A stretch of 63,836 bases of DNA, filler included, from Squatina squatina (GCA_031763465.1; 4 parts of 4 records of this genome joined end to end with filler, not necessarily neighbours in it), one strand, 5' to 3'; counted from the first letter of the whole stretch, positions 25,991 to 38,415 are shown. The notes: generated from the letters alone by a model not told the origin. Translations and numbers: made by a program.

Positions 25991-27084
25991 NNNNNNNNNN
26001 NNNNNNNNNNNNNNNNNNNNNNNNNNNNNNNNNNNNNNNNNNNNNNNNNNNNNNNNNNNNNNNNNNNNNNNNNNNNNNNNNNNNNNNNNNTCGGAGCCAC
26101 ATAAGGAGATATCAGGATATCCGAGAATTAGGTTTTAAAAGAGTCTTAAAGGAGGAGAGAGGGAGAGAGGCTGAGAGATTTTAGGCAGGGAATTCCAGAG
26201 ATTGGGGCCCAGGCAGCTGTAATCATTGTTAAACTCAGCCCCTGCCTGCGTCCCCAGCACTGAGCATGAGCCATTTGGTTTTAAGTTAGGCTTCACGGCC
26301 TACCTCCCTGCTCAGTCAGAGGAAAGCTGTAATGTTATATAAAAATGTTTCCACCCCCCTTGCTGTTCCGGAGATTTATTTGTATGTTTATTTATGATTT
26401 CCTCTATTCCTCTCAAAGGAAATGAGACATAACAAAGTTTGACTGACTGATAACTTTGACCCTTGAGAGTACACAAGGCTTTAGATCAAACCTGATAGGA
26501 TCAAGGCCCAAATACATAAACAATTCATTCCATTCCTGGGAGCTGACTTGAAAATATGCGGCGCTTACCTTCGCCACACCTTCTGTGGTGTTAGGTTCAT
26601 GGCATGGTAGCTTGTACGTTGCCTCACTGAGAACAAATGGGCCTTGAATTGGAGGTCAAACTTCTCCACAAGTACTGGGAACGGCGGTGCCGCGATTATG
26701 TTACTGGACTAGTCATCCAGATGCTTGCCCTCGTAATCCAGAGAGTGTGAGTGGCACTTCGAGAATTTGAATCCTTTTTAGCTTCACCTTCAGGTCAGGT
26801 GCCTCTCCCGGGTAAACAAGCAACTCGCTTTGTGTCACCCAGGCCTGTTGGAGTTACAGGAGGGTGGGAGACAGTGCCACCCATCAGTTCAGTTTGAAGT
26901 GTTCAACATGGGGAGGGGGCGAGAGGGAGTCATCAGAACAACACTAGAGGGAAAAAAGACCCAGGTCCATCCAGTTCGCCTTCTACCCTCCTGGTAGTCA
27001 CATGATACAACGATAATGGAGTTGTTGACTGATCACAGCAATCAATCTCTATCAAGAGTCCCCAACAGACCCAGACATGAGGCA

Positions 27085-27452
27085 AGGAACATTGGAACAG
27101 GGGGAGGCGATTCAGCCTCCCAAGCTTGCTCCGCCATTCAATGAAATCATGGCTGATCTGTGATCGAACTGTGCTTACCCATCTTTGCACCATATNNNNN
27201 NNNNNNNNNNNNNNNNNNNNNNNNNNNNNNNNNNNNNNNNNNNNNNNNNNNNNNNNNNNNNNNNNNNNNNNNNNNNNNNNNNNNNNNNNNNNNNNTGACT
27301 ATATTCAAGGCTGAGATCGATAGATTTTTGGACTCTGGGGAATCAAGAGGTATGGGGATTGGGCGGGAAAGTGGAGTTGAGGTCAAAGGTCAGCCATGAT
27401 CCCATTGAATGGCGGAGCAGGATCGAGGGGCCGAATTCTTACGATCTTATGT
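27085..27452. mobile_element. CR1 3' fragments in opposite orientations across a gap
   Basis: CCGCCATTCAATGAAATCATGGCTGATC on the minus strand; IFKAEIDRFLDS and the 3' UTR on the plus strand. Confidence 0.7.
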
Positions 27453-27542
27453 TTTTCTCTCTTGTCTCCACACTCTCTCCCTCTCTTTCTCCCTCCCTCC
27501 CTTGATTCTTCCATCACTTCCACCCTCCTTCACGCCGCCCAG

Positions 27543-27878
27543 CCGACTGCATAGCCAACTATAACAACCAACTGGACAACAAGCAGACCAACTTGATGCT
27601 GCCCGAGTCGACAGTCTATGGGGATATGGACCTGAGCAACAAGATCAACGAGATGAAGACCTTCAACAGCCCCAACCTGAAAGACGGCCGCTGCCTGAAC
27701 CAGACGGCACAGCCCACCCCCTACGCCACCACGCAGCTCATCCAGACCACACTGGGGAACAACATGAACAGCAGCGGCATGGAACTGAACGACAAGCACT
27801 GGAAGCCGTCGCTACAAGCCAAGCAGGAGATTTCCCCCATGCAGTACAACATCATGGAGCAAAACAAGCTCAACAAAG
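27543..27878 (+). CDS. ROBO1: Roundabout 1 cytoplasmic exon (CC0/CC1 region)
   Basis: Pyrimidine tract plus AG, donor [55 protein letters not shown]...[12 protein letters not shown]...KHWKP...[12 protein letters not shown] is close to ROBO1, including the CC1 motif TPYATT. Confidence 0.9.
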
Positions 27879-28434
27879 GTATGAAGCAAAGATACTATGC
27901 ATTTCTATAGCGCCTTTCACATTCTCAGGACATCCCAAAGCACTTCACAACAATGGCACTTCTGAAGTGCAGTCACTGTTGCTCTGTAGGTAAACATGAC
28001 ATTCAAAATCCATTTTATTACATGCCATTGTGGGGTTTATAACCACTGTCTTGTGCTTCAGTTACTGCATCTCTGTCCATTTGTCCACGGAAACTGTAAA
28101 TGAGTGGCCTTGGTTGTTAGTACAAGTACTTTTACCTGTGTATGCAAATTCTACCTTTCACTTTTCCAAAGCCCAGGATGCACAGAGAGCTGGGAGGTAA
28201 CATGCAGCTGATCGAAAGTAAGTATGTGGGATTTAAGAGTAATGAGCATGGAGCGATGTCAGGTATGGCAGCATTAATGGGGGCTGATGAACTTTGGTAG
28301 CTTTGGGGTGGTCCTTCGGTTTGTTAGTACTGGGATGGAATGTGGGGTTTACTTACTAGATAACTCTTGGGTAGTAGTTTGGAGGGATGGGGGTCCTCAG
28401 GCATAGCAGCATAGCAGAGTTGGACCCTGGGGTC

Positions 28435-28668
28435 TAGAAACATAGAAACATAGAAAATAGGTGCAGGAGTCGGCCATTCGGCCCTTCGAGCCTGCACCGT
28501 CATTCAGTATGATCATGGCTGATCATGCATCTCAGTACCCCGTACCTGCTTTCTCTCCATACCCCCTGATCCCTTGAGCCGTAAGGGCCAGATCTAACTC
28601 CCTTTTGAATATAGCTAATGAACTGGCCTCAACAGCTTTCTGTGATAGAGAATTCCACAGGTTCACAA
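28435..28668 (-). mobile_element. CR1 LINE 3' end (relatively young)
   Basis: VNLWNSLSQKAVEASSLAIFKRELDLAL plus a (TTCTATGT)n tail. Confidence 0.85.
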
Positions 28669-28997
28669 NNNNNNNNNNNNNNNNNNNNNNNNNNNNNNNN
28701 NNNNNNNNNNNNNNNNNNNNNNNNNNNNNNNNNNNNNNNNNNNNNNNNNNNNNNNNNNNNNNNNNNNNACCAGGCATGATGGTCTGGGCAGCACCAGGGC
28801 AGCCGTGAACCTGACGCATTACGAACACAACATGAAAGACCATGCAGCTACTCGTCGGAGAATTTGCAGCCAAGTTGGTTTAAGTTCACAACAGCACGAG
28901 ATGAGACAGAGGTTATCAAAGCCGACAGCCAGCATCCCAAGGCATGCACATTAGAACCCAGTAGAAGGCACATGTTCCAGGTTAGCCTGTGAGACAG

Positions 28998-29028
<31 letters not shown>

Positions 29029-29100
29029 CGAGACCAAGCCAAAGCCTCAGTGAAACATCCTAAGTCTTCTCTTGGCAAGGAAGCAGCTTTGGGTACAAAC

Positions 29101-29283
29101 CTGTCCTCATTAAGCTGGTGCCCTCCATCTTGAAGCCAGCCCTGTCTGCCGCAGTGGCCAGTGCCTGGGCAAAATCGCCATCGGTAAAAATGGAGTCGGA
29201 GGAGGAGCTAACGGCGCTAGATCGCCGGCTAGACATGTTATGCTCCTCCTCTGAAGCCGAGCCCCATCCGTTAATCATTGAAC
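29101..29283 (-). CDS. ROBO2: Roundabout 2-like cytoplasmic exon
   Basis: Acceptor ttccAG, donor GTttgt, 183 nt. [61 protein letters not shown]; the end matches ROBO2 AADKAGFRLDGTSLTRTG better than ROBO1. Confidence 0.75.
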
Positions 29284-29354
29284 CTGGAAACAAAGGCAGG
29301 TCAAGGTGGATAAGACATATCACAGCAACATCTCACACTGAAATCAAAAAATAA

Positions 29355-29795
29355 CACACGGGATCCTTGGCTTCACGAACTGTACAAAAGCAGGGAAGTT
29401 ATGCTAAAACTTTATAAAACACTGGTTCGGCCTCATCTGGAGTGCTGTGTCTGGTTCCGGGCACCCCACTTTAGGAAAGATGTCAATGCCTTGGAGAGGG
29501 TGCAGAGGAGNNNNNNNNNNNNNNNNNNNNNNNNNNNNNNNNNNNNNNNNNNNNNNNNNNNNNNNNNNNNNNNNNNNNNNNNNNNNNNNNNNNNNNNNNN
29601 NNNNNNNNNNCTCAGTCGTTGATTATTTTCAAGGCTGAGATAGGTAGATTATTGGATAGTAAGTGAATCAAGGGATATGGGGACAGTGCACGAAAGTGGA
29701 GCTGAGGTAGAAGATCAGCCATGATCTTGTTGAATGGCGGACGAGGCTCGAGGGGCCGAATGGCCTACTCCTGCTCCTATTTCTTGTGTTCTTAC
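29355..29795 (+). mobile_element. CR1 LINE ORF2 and 3' fragments (gap inside)
   Basis: MLKLYKTLVRPHLECCVWFRAPHFRKDVNALERVQR and the CR1 3' UTR. Confidence 0.85.
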
Positions 29796-30969
29796 GTTTC
29801 CGGCATAATATCTACTTGTAAGTCCCACTTCTTGGTGGAGAGCAAGGAAAGTGCACAAGGAACATCTTGTCATACATTGAAACATGCTCAATAACTCATC
29901 GACAGACCTGTTTTCGAGGGGGCAGAGGGTGGTGTTAGTTTTTGAGGACAAACCTGAGAGACTTCTTTCAGAGCTGTTGTGGGAGCTTGAGGTGCTGAAG
30001 TCCTCAGAATGGTTGTGAGGCATTCTGTTAGACAATCCCTCAGCCAATCGATAGTCAGGGATGAAAAGCAGGGCTAAAGGTCAAAGGGTAAAAGTCACAG
30101 CAGCATCAGGTGTTTTAGCTCATGGCACAAGCACATGCAAGGACATGCAGTTAATGCAGAAGCTGCTGAGGTTACGAGGGTAAAAAAATAAACTGCTCGC
30201 AAGGTTGAAAAGTGAATCTCACCATCGGCAGCTGTTGTTTTTGCATTCAAATAGCATTCAAGGTTATTCCAAGTGCATTCAGCAACAAAACAAACCACAC
30301 TGTGAGTCTATTTTCATTGGACGAATATTCATTACCACAGACATACAGCACAGAAACAGGCCATTCGGCTCCACCAGTCCATACCGACGTTTATTCTCCA
30401 CTCGAGCCTCCTCCCGTTTTTCCTCATCTAAATCTATCAGCATAACCCTCTATTCCCTTCTCCCTCATNNNNNNNNNNNNNNNNNNNNNNNNNNNNNNNN
30501 NNNNNNNNNNNNNNNNNNNNNNNNNNNNNNNNNNNNNNNNNNNNNNNNNNNNNNNNNNNNNNNNNNNNACATGTCAAAAAAAAAGCACTTGGCTGGAGAG
30601 CACTTTGGGACGTCTGGTGGTCGTGAAGGGCGTTACAGGAATGCAAGTCTTCCTTTCCGGCTCCCAGTTTAATTTTTGGAGGGAGAGGTAGGCAAGTACA
30701 AATTCACATCACGTGCCACTGGCGAACTCCTGGTTTACTTTCATGTCTTCTGCATGCATCAGGCAGCCTGCTGCCAGATTAAATAATGACTCTATCCCTT
30801 CGCCATAATTCACGGCAAAGCAACAGCCACCACTGAATGCACAGGCCACGATGTTTCTGACAACCACAGGGTGCTGTGTGGAAGCACTCGGCTCAAGCCT
30901 CATTTAATTATGCAAATGAATGTAATTGGAATCAAGTGTTTTAATTAATTACACATAAATGAACAGCGT

Positions 30970-31475
30970 CTGCCTTGCTTTCTGTGTCTCTGTCTCTCTC
31001 CACCTCTCTCGCTGACTACCTCCGTCTATACCCTTTGCTTTCTTTCTCTCCCTGTGCCTCTTTCTCTCTTTCCGTCTGTCTGACTGACTCTATGTTGCCC
31101 TCACTCTCTCCATCACTGTTTCCCATGGTCATCTGCTCCTTGTCCCTTGCTCTTTTTCTCTGTTTCTTTCTCCTTGCCTTTGGCTCTCTCTGCTGCTCAT
31201 TCTGACTACACGTACGTCTCTGTCTCTCTGATGCTCTCTTTCTCTGCCTGTCTCTCCATCTCTGTCACTTTGGAATTCTCTCTGTCTCTCTCGTCTTCTT
31301 TCTAACTGTGTCTACATATCTCTTTGTCTCTGTCTGGCTCTGTTGCTCAGTTGCTCTCTTCCTCTGTGCTTCTATCTGATTCTCTCTGTTTATCTGTCTC
31401 TTTCTTTCTGCCTGTCTCTTTAATGTTCTCTTTCTCTCCATCACCCTCTCTTTGATGCTTTCTCTCTCTCTCTGA
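30970..31475. repeat. CT-rich low-complexity tract
   Basis: Degenerate (CT)n/(TCTG)n. Confidence 0.8.
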
Positions 31476-31809
31476 ATCTGATTTTATGGGTGATAACATA
31501 ATAACAACAACTTGTATTTATATAGCACCTTTAACCCAGTAAAACGCCCCAAGGCGCCTCACAGATGCGTTATCAAAAAAAAAAATGACATCAAGCCNNN
31601 NNNNNNNNNNNNNNNNNNNNNNNNNNNNNNNNNNNNNNNNNNNNNNNNNNNNNNNNNNNNNNNNNNNNNNNNNNNNNNNNNNNNNNNNNNNNNNNNNAGG
31701 ACGGCTGGTGGCCATGGGAACCGAACCCCAGCAATTGGAGGGGAAAAAATGGTCAAGACTGATAACTCAAGGGGGCGGACGGATACAGCACAGAACTCCC
31801 CTGCTCTTT

Positions 31810-32255
31810 CCCTGTAAATTTTTCCTTTTCAAGTATTTATCCAATTCCCTTTTAAAAGTCACTATTGAATCTGCTTCCACCGCCCTTTCAGGCAGCGCCT
31901 TCCAGATCACAACAGCTCGCTGAGTGAAAAAATTCTCTTCTCCCTACCCCCTAGCTTTTTTTGCTAATTTTCAAATCTGTGTCCTCTGGTTACTGACCCT
32001 CCTGCCACGCTTGCTCCCTATCTACTCTATCAAAACCCTTCATGATTTTGAAGACCTCTATTAAATCTTACCTTAACCTTCTCTGCACTAAGGAGAACAA
32101 CCTCAGCTTCTCCAGTCTATCCACATAACTGAAGGCCCTCATCCCCGACGCCGCTCTGGTAAACCCCCTCTGCTCCCTCTCCAGGGCCTTGACAACCTTC
32201 CTAAAGTGTGGTGCCCAGAATTGGATACAATATTCCACCTTGGGCCAGACTAGTG
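31810..32255 (-). mobile_element. CR1 LINE ORF2 fragment
   Basis: LVWPKVEYCIQFWAPHFRKVVKALEREQRGFTR..GMRAFSYVDRLEKLRLFSL. Confidence 0.85.
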
Positions 32256-32831
32256 ACTCATAATCCACGGTTCGGGCTATCTAAACTGTGTTAATGTGCA
32301 ATTTAAGAATTCTTCACGGGCAATAAAGAATCGCAGCACAACTGTGCTTGTCAAAAATTCGAGGTGAAGGCCTAAGGCTTTGCAGTGCAGGATATTACCG
32401 CGGCTGACAGGAGAAAATGAGGTAAATATGATCTCTCATTGCCAGTTTGAAGGCCTTTATCAATGCAGACACGGAGGTAAATGGGATAATTGAAGGGAGC
32501 GTTGTAACAATGAAACAGACAGAGGCCAAGAACAAGTCCTTGAACATAAGAGACAGGAATTTTTTCATTACCAGCATTAGGCCTTTGCAGCTCCTCCTCA
32601 GTCCATCACTAAACTGGCAGCAGGTGTGACTATTAAGAGCGCCCTGTCCTCTCAGCCAATATTTGTCAGTCTCTTTCTCTCTCTCTCTCTCCTAGTTATT
32701 CCATTCACGGCTGGCGCTGTGAATCACACAGCCTTGTGGACAGATATTAAAAAATACTGCCTCGCCTTTCATTCCAAATGACCTTTTAATCTAGATGTAA
32801 ATTTGAATCGGATGAAAATGCATCACTTTTT

Positions 32832-32993
32832 TCAGGACGTCATTTCGATCTGACTGGCGATGAGCGTATCCACTTTAGGCTGTACCGGTGTCAGCAGATC
32901 GACATCGGTCTCCGGTACATGCAGGGAGTGGATGAGGCTGTAGCGCGCTTCAGAGCGCGTGGTGTTTTCCACCAGCGCTGACTGAAGCGAAAG
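32832..32993 (-). CDS. Possible terminal coding exon of an unidentified gene
   Basis: CpG-retaining, codon-like open frame LSLQSALVENTTRSEARYSLIHSLHVPETDVDLLTPVQPKVDTLIASQIEMTS*; the 5' part is in a gap. Confidence 0.35.
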   Translation of the reverse strand, partial: LSLQSALVENTTRSEARYSLIHSLHVPETDVDLLTPVQPKVDTLIASQIEMTS

Positions 32994-34720
32994 NNNNNNN
33001 NNNNNNNNNNNNNNNNNNNNNNNNNNNNNNNNNNNNNNNNNNNNNNNNNNNNNNNNNNNNNNNNNNNNNNNNNNNNNNNNNNNNNNNNNNNNNNNNNNNN
33101 NNNNNNNNNNNNNNNNNNNNNNNNNNNNNNNNNNNNNNNNNNNNNNNNNNNNNNNNNNNNNNNNNNNNNNNNNNNNNNNNNNNNNNNNNNNNNNNNNNNN
33201 NNNNNNNNNNNNNNNNNNNNNNNNNNNNNNNNNNNNNNNNNNNNTGNNNNNNNNNNNNNNNNNNNNNNNNNNNNNNNNNNNNNNNNNNNNNNNNNNNNNN
33301 NNNNNNNNNNNNNNNNNNNNNNNNNNNNNNNNNNNNNNNNNNNNNNNNNNNNNNNNNNNNNNNNNNNNNNNNNNNNNNNNNNNNNNNNNNNNNNNNNNNN
33401 NNNNGTAAGCTTCTCTCCAGATTTTATTCAACCCACTTGCACCTGGCAATGGGAAGCCCAGGAGAATGAAACCCACATGCCAAGGTACAAACGCACCCTC
33501 AGCGCTTTGCTGCATTCTACAACCCAAATCACTGAAGCAGTATTTTGGAGTTGTGCGATTCAGCACAAGTGATGAGAGTGTTTTTACTGGAGGTGACTGG
33601 GTCAGGTCTACACGCTGCCCTCTGTCTCACCCCTCAGAGCTGTAGAGAGCCGGTGTGTCGACTTGCACAGACTAATTACTATTCTCAAAAGCTGCCACAA
33701 AGAAACTCCTTATTGAAACCGTGCACTTGCACAGATGCCTGCAGCACTTTAGCATATTTCCTGGTCTATAATGTGCTGTGCTTCCTCCAGAGAATGGAAA
33801 TGAAGGACTGGCTTTCAAGAACTCTCTGGAGCACCTCAGTCGCTGAAAGCTCTTGCTCTGGCTCCGGTTCTGAGCCGCACAAACCGGAAAGGGGCCACAG
33901 TTCGGTCCCCGACCTCTCTGCACTTGGCAGCCGAGGGGTCAGTCCCGCTAGAAAACCGTCCCCCTGCGAGACGGAAACGCATAATCTGTCTGGCCCGCAA
34001 TGCACACCATGCTCGAGCAGCAAGCACGCGATCCAACCCGCGAAGCAAGACGCCCCATCCGGCGACTTATCACGCCAGGGTGAAGTGAGGCGGCTGCTAT
34101 TTAGGCGGGCAGACACGGTGTGGTGGGGGGGGGCTGTTTTGACGCACAGCAAGATCCAACAAGCGGTGAGGTGATGGTGGGTAGGTGGGAGAGGAATCTT
34201 TGGTGGCAGGGTTAATGTGCCCATCGGGGGAATCGGACCCCCAACGAGTCTCAGTGCCTTTAGGAAGAGGAACCGCGAGGAGCTACTCGACAATTGTGTT
34301 CAGCCAAAGACAACACTTCCTCATGCCAATTGCAAACCCCTTCAGGCCAGTACGTCACCGCCAGCTCACTCACTCAAATGTCATAGAATGGGCGTGTGGC
34401 TTATATTGAACGCATAAGCATTTCCTGCCCAACTTTCACCAATCAAATAAACTGGGATGGGCTCGACGGGCTGAACGGACTCCTCTCGTGCTGTAACCAT
34501 TGTATGATTCTGGGCCTTCTGGGGAAGCTGAAGTGGAGATTTACCCGAGAGGTTCCAGGGAAGAGGGACTTCAGTTCTGTGGAGAGACTGGAGAAGGTGG
34601 GGCTGTTCTTCCTTGGAGAGNNNNNNNNNNNNNNNNNNNNNNNNNNNNNNNNNNNNNNNNNNNNNNNNNNNNNNNNNNNNNNNNNNNNNNNNNNNNNNNN
34701 NNNNNNNNNNNNNNNNNNNN

Positions 34721-35065
34721 GAGGGAGCGCTGCACTGTCTTTCGGATAAATCAAGGCCCCCTTTGCCCCTTCAGGTGGACGCAAAAGATCCCATGGCCAC
34801 TATTTTAAAGAAAAGCAGGGGAGTTTTCCCCGCTGTCTTGGGCCAATATTTATCCCGCAAGGCCTCAACCAACATCGCTAAAAGCAGACTTTCTGGTCAT
34901 TATCACATTGTTGTTTGTGGGAGCTTGCTGTGCGGAAATTTGACGCTGCGTTTCCCACATTACAACAGTGACCGCACTCCAAAAAAGTACTGCGGTGGTT
35001 GTAAACCGCCTTGGGAAGTCTGGTGGTTGTGAAAGGCGCAATAGAAATGCAAGTTCTTTCTTTCT
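34721..35065 (+). mobile_element. SacSINE1-like DeuSINE, 3' portion
   Basis: Deu-like body (AGGTGGACGCAAAAGATCCCATGGC) and L2-like tail GAAAGGCGCAATAGAAATGCAAGTTCTTTCTTT. Confidence 0.75.
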
Positions 35066-36687
35066 ATGTTTCAACACTCGGTCCCGAAATTCCCACCTGA
35101 AGAATGTCCCCTTCAATGAGATACCAGAGGTGTGAGTCAAAGCAGGAAGGAGCCAGCACCTTATGAGGGAGCGGGGTTAGTGAAAAAACTTTGGACACAG
35201 AAATTAAATTGCTTTTTTTTTTAAGCAGAATAATTCAGATCAATTGCCCTCTTCATTACACAAGGGCTCAATGTCCCAGTGACTGTTTTCTTTTGGACAA
35301 TAGAGGAATTAGGAAGAGTGCAGACAGGCACGACACCTGCTGCAAGTGTCAGCGAGGGCCAGAAAGTCACAAGGAGGCAGGGGTTTGCCTTGCCGGAACC
35401 GACACCTGCCAGGCTAGGCCAGGCCCGAATCCACGCCTGGGTACTCAGTGCCCAGTAACTGCAGGCAGCAGCCGCTCGGACAGAAGTGGGACGTGGTTCC
35501 TAACCACCAACCCCACCAACATACAGCCCCACCTCTCCCCCTGGGCCAGGAGGGTGCTCTCCTTGAATTAACTCACCCCCCTACCCCCGTTACCAACCTG
35601 CCGCTTGTCTAACCCTGAGCTGCCAGGCTCCCTTGCAGAATATCAAAGGCAAAAAGAAACCTCTATCTGTGTAGGATTTACATTTACATGATGATCACAA
35701 ATAACCATCTGCCTCCTTCTACATTTTCAATCTGCCCCTCAGTCCCTGGGGCCTAAGGATAGTCGGAGAGTTAAGCCTGGAAGTACTGCTCACAGGCCTG
35801 CCACTATCCTGCATATAATTGCAATCTTATCCCACCCAGCATCCAGGCTTTCTTCAAAGACGCCAAGCCTCCGAGGAGACCAGCAACACTGTTTTAAGGC
35901 TCTTTCTCCAACAAATGGCACTAAATTTCTGCAATAAAAACCTCGGAAAGCATCTGCTGGNNNNNNNNNNNNNNNNNNNNNNNNNNNNNNNNNNNNNNNN
36001 NNNNNNNNNNNNNNNNNNNNNNNNNNNNNNNNNNNNNNNNNNNNNNNNNNNNNNNNNNNNAGCAGAACAACAAATGGCGTGTAATTCGGAACTCTGTGGA
36101 AAGTGGGCAGGTGGGCCTGCGTTATTGTATCACAGTGGTCTTTGTGGGAGGGGCCCGTTGGCTGCACCATGAGAATGCCCCGCTCGAATTCCTTCAGCAC
36201 TGTCAATATTACTTTTTCATACATAATAAACAATGGTCGATGCTCTTTGGCCAGTAACACAAGCAACATCTATTACAGGAACAGCTGATCCACTCATGCA
36301 GCAAGTATCCCACATGTTTCACTCCAAGAGAACGCACTCCCTGAAATGTCTGTGTCTCTGCGTGTGTGTGTATGCAAATATGTGCGTCTTCTGTGCCGGT
36401 GCACGTGTACTGTGAGTGTGTCTGTGTGTGTCTGTGTGTGTCTGAGAATGTCTACACTTTACTCTCCCCATTGCTGCACAGCCTTGGTAGTGAGTTAAAG
36501 ATCATTCAAGCCTCGACCTAACCTCTTTAATTAAGCTCTCTGTTGGACACTGTGAACTTGTTCAGCCATACCAGCATGCCACAGTTCGGTATTAGCCCTC
36601 GACATAATGTATTTGTTTAATGAAAGCACATTTCTGCAGCAATTATTTCTGCTGCATCTCATTAAATATTAGAAAAAAAAACCGAAG

Positions 36688-36787
36688 NNNNNNNNNNNNN
36701 NNNNNNNNNNNNNNNNNNNNNNNNNNNNNNNTTAATTAATTAANNNNNNNNNNNNNNNNNNNNNNNNNNNNNNNNNNNNNNNNNNNN
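36688..36787. other. Artificial scaffold spacer N44-TTAATTAATTAA-N44
   Basis: Identical to the spacer at 21989. Confidence 0.95.
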
Positions 36788-37172
36788 ATATCCAACATTC
36801 ACATTCCACTCAAAGAAACCGAGCTCTCGCAGCCTGTAGCCTTGAACATTTAGATAAGCTCTTTTTATGAACAACCCTACAGGCAAAGCTCTGCTTTCTG
36901 AATTTCATTATCTGGCTCTTTTTCCAACCCAATCTATAATTACCAATTATTTCTTACTTCGCAAATTTTAAAGAGTGAGTGTTCTATACTTTCAGGAATC
37001 AATTTAAGAATACTGTTCTTTTCAATCGCAGCTGTAAATTCAAAGGTTAAAGCTCACCATAACAGTGTGAAAACCTGACAACCACATTTCACACGACTCA
37101 GAAACATTGATTCAAAGCTCATTACTTTCTCTCCAACAACAGGCACACGCAAACAAAGTCAAGCAAATAAAT

Positions 37173-37604
37173 TCAAACAAACAAGTACACTTGCATAACA
37201 TTCAAGTCAAGACCACAAAGGTTTAATGACTTCCAGCTCTGTGGACAAAAGTGGGCGGAGTTATAACAGACAGCTTTTTCAAGACAGATTTTCAAACAAC
37301 ACAATCGTTTTAACCATTCATACAGACTTTGAGAAACAACTGTAACATTCACTAATATTCCGCAAAACTCTCTTGTTCTTTGGTCTTGTAACATGTTATT
37401 TAAGCATTTCATTAGCTCTACGTGTGCAAAAATTATCAATATTAAGACCTTATCATCTTTATCTTTCTTTTCTTTTCCCCATCATTCCTTTTGTTTATTA
37501 GGTAGGTCTTTTGGATTCCAATTTGCCTTTATCATTTTTACTTTCGTTTTAGCGCTTTTCTCATTTAAATATTGTGACGCGTCCTTATATTTTGAATCTG
37601 CCAT
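37173..37604 (-). pseudogene. Second small ORF of the tRNA-Ser LTR element (paralog of the first)
   Basis: MADSKYKDASQYLNEKSAKTKVKMIKANWNPKDLPNKQKE*WGKEKKDKDDKVLILIIFAHVELMKCLNNMLQDQ..., with one TGA at a probable Trp codon. Confidence 0.5.
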
Positions 37605-37720
37605 CGTGGCTTCTTCTCAAGTTTCTTACTTAGGATCTTCTCTGTGGCTATTCCTCATACCTTGGGGTGGGGGGCGGGGGGCAGTTGTTGGGCGCCAAAC
37701 ATGCTTTTGTTTTCTAACTG

Positions 37721-37999
37721 TCATTTTACTTCCTTATTCTCTGCTTGTAACTGGGTTATTTTATCTATGCAAGCGAGCACCTTTTCTGTCAATACACACA
37801 ACTGTCGAGCTAATAGTATGCCTGCCTTCTTCATTCTCTTTTGTTTCTTGGTATCCCACCACATTCTTTGCTCACTTGGAGTTTGACATGGATTCCACCC
37901 GTCTTTAACCATTTTGTCAAATAAGTCCTTCCGGTCATCTGCATAGAATTTAGAAAGGGATCCCTCCTTTCCCCAGTCTGATTCTTACCTCGATGCCAT
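37721..37999 (-). pseudogene. First (gag-position) ORF of the tRNA-Ser LTR element
   Basis: MASR*ESDWGKEGSLSKFYADDRKDLFDKMVKDGWNPCQTPSEQRMWWDTKKQKRMKKAGILLARQLCVLTEKVLACIDKITQLQAENKEVK. Starts about 420 nt after the PBS, has a coiled-coil-like end and is followed by a Pro-rich stretch. Confidence 0.55.
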
Positions 38000-38415
38000 T
38001 TTGTGATCCGACCTTTCCTCTGCGGCTATTCTGCTTTGGTCCCTTCACTTGACTTAATTTCCACAAATAATACTGAAACAAAAGTTGGTTTCTATTTTTA
38101 GAATAATAGTCGATCATCACAATGCTCGGTCCGAGTGTGTTCCCTATACCCACTACTCCTGGCCTTCACGTGGGACTACTGTCCTCTTAATTCCAGCTCA
38201 GGCTGGGTGTTTGAGAAATTGGCACCGACCTTGTCTGAGTTGTGATTCTTCGACCCGTATCTTACCACGGCTTATATCGCTACAACAGTTCAATGTTATA
38301 TGGCCATATAAGTTCTTAACATAGCATAGCTTTACACTTCATCGGACCCGTTTACTTTTGTTCGGGTTTTTGGACACCGGTGCACGTCGGATGACTGCTA
38401 CCCGGGACCCGTAAC

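Noticed and set aside
25344-26184. Tyr/Pro-rich repetitive ORFs
   Set aside because: They are translations of the 45-bp minisatellite.
33545-34293. Overlapping 209-aa and 175-aa ORFs in a GC-rich segment
   Set aside because: No recognisable domain. High GC alone can give such ORFs; an acceptor near 33790 could mark a short last exon or UTR, but I cannot support it.
37687-37697. TGGCGCCCAAC on the minus strand, matching the first 11 nt of the tRNA-Lys1,2 PBS used by foamy viruses
   Set aside because: The match stops at 11 of 18 nt, no recognisable LTR precedes it, and it lies just past an ORF-like region. Probably chance, but worth rechecking in other copies.
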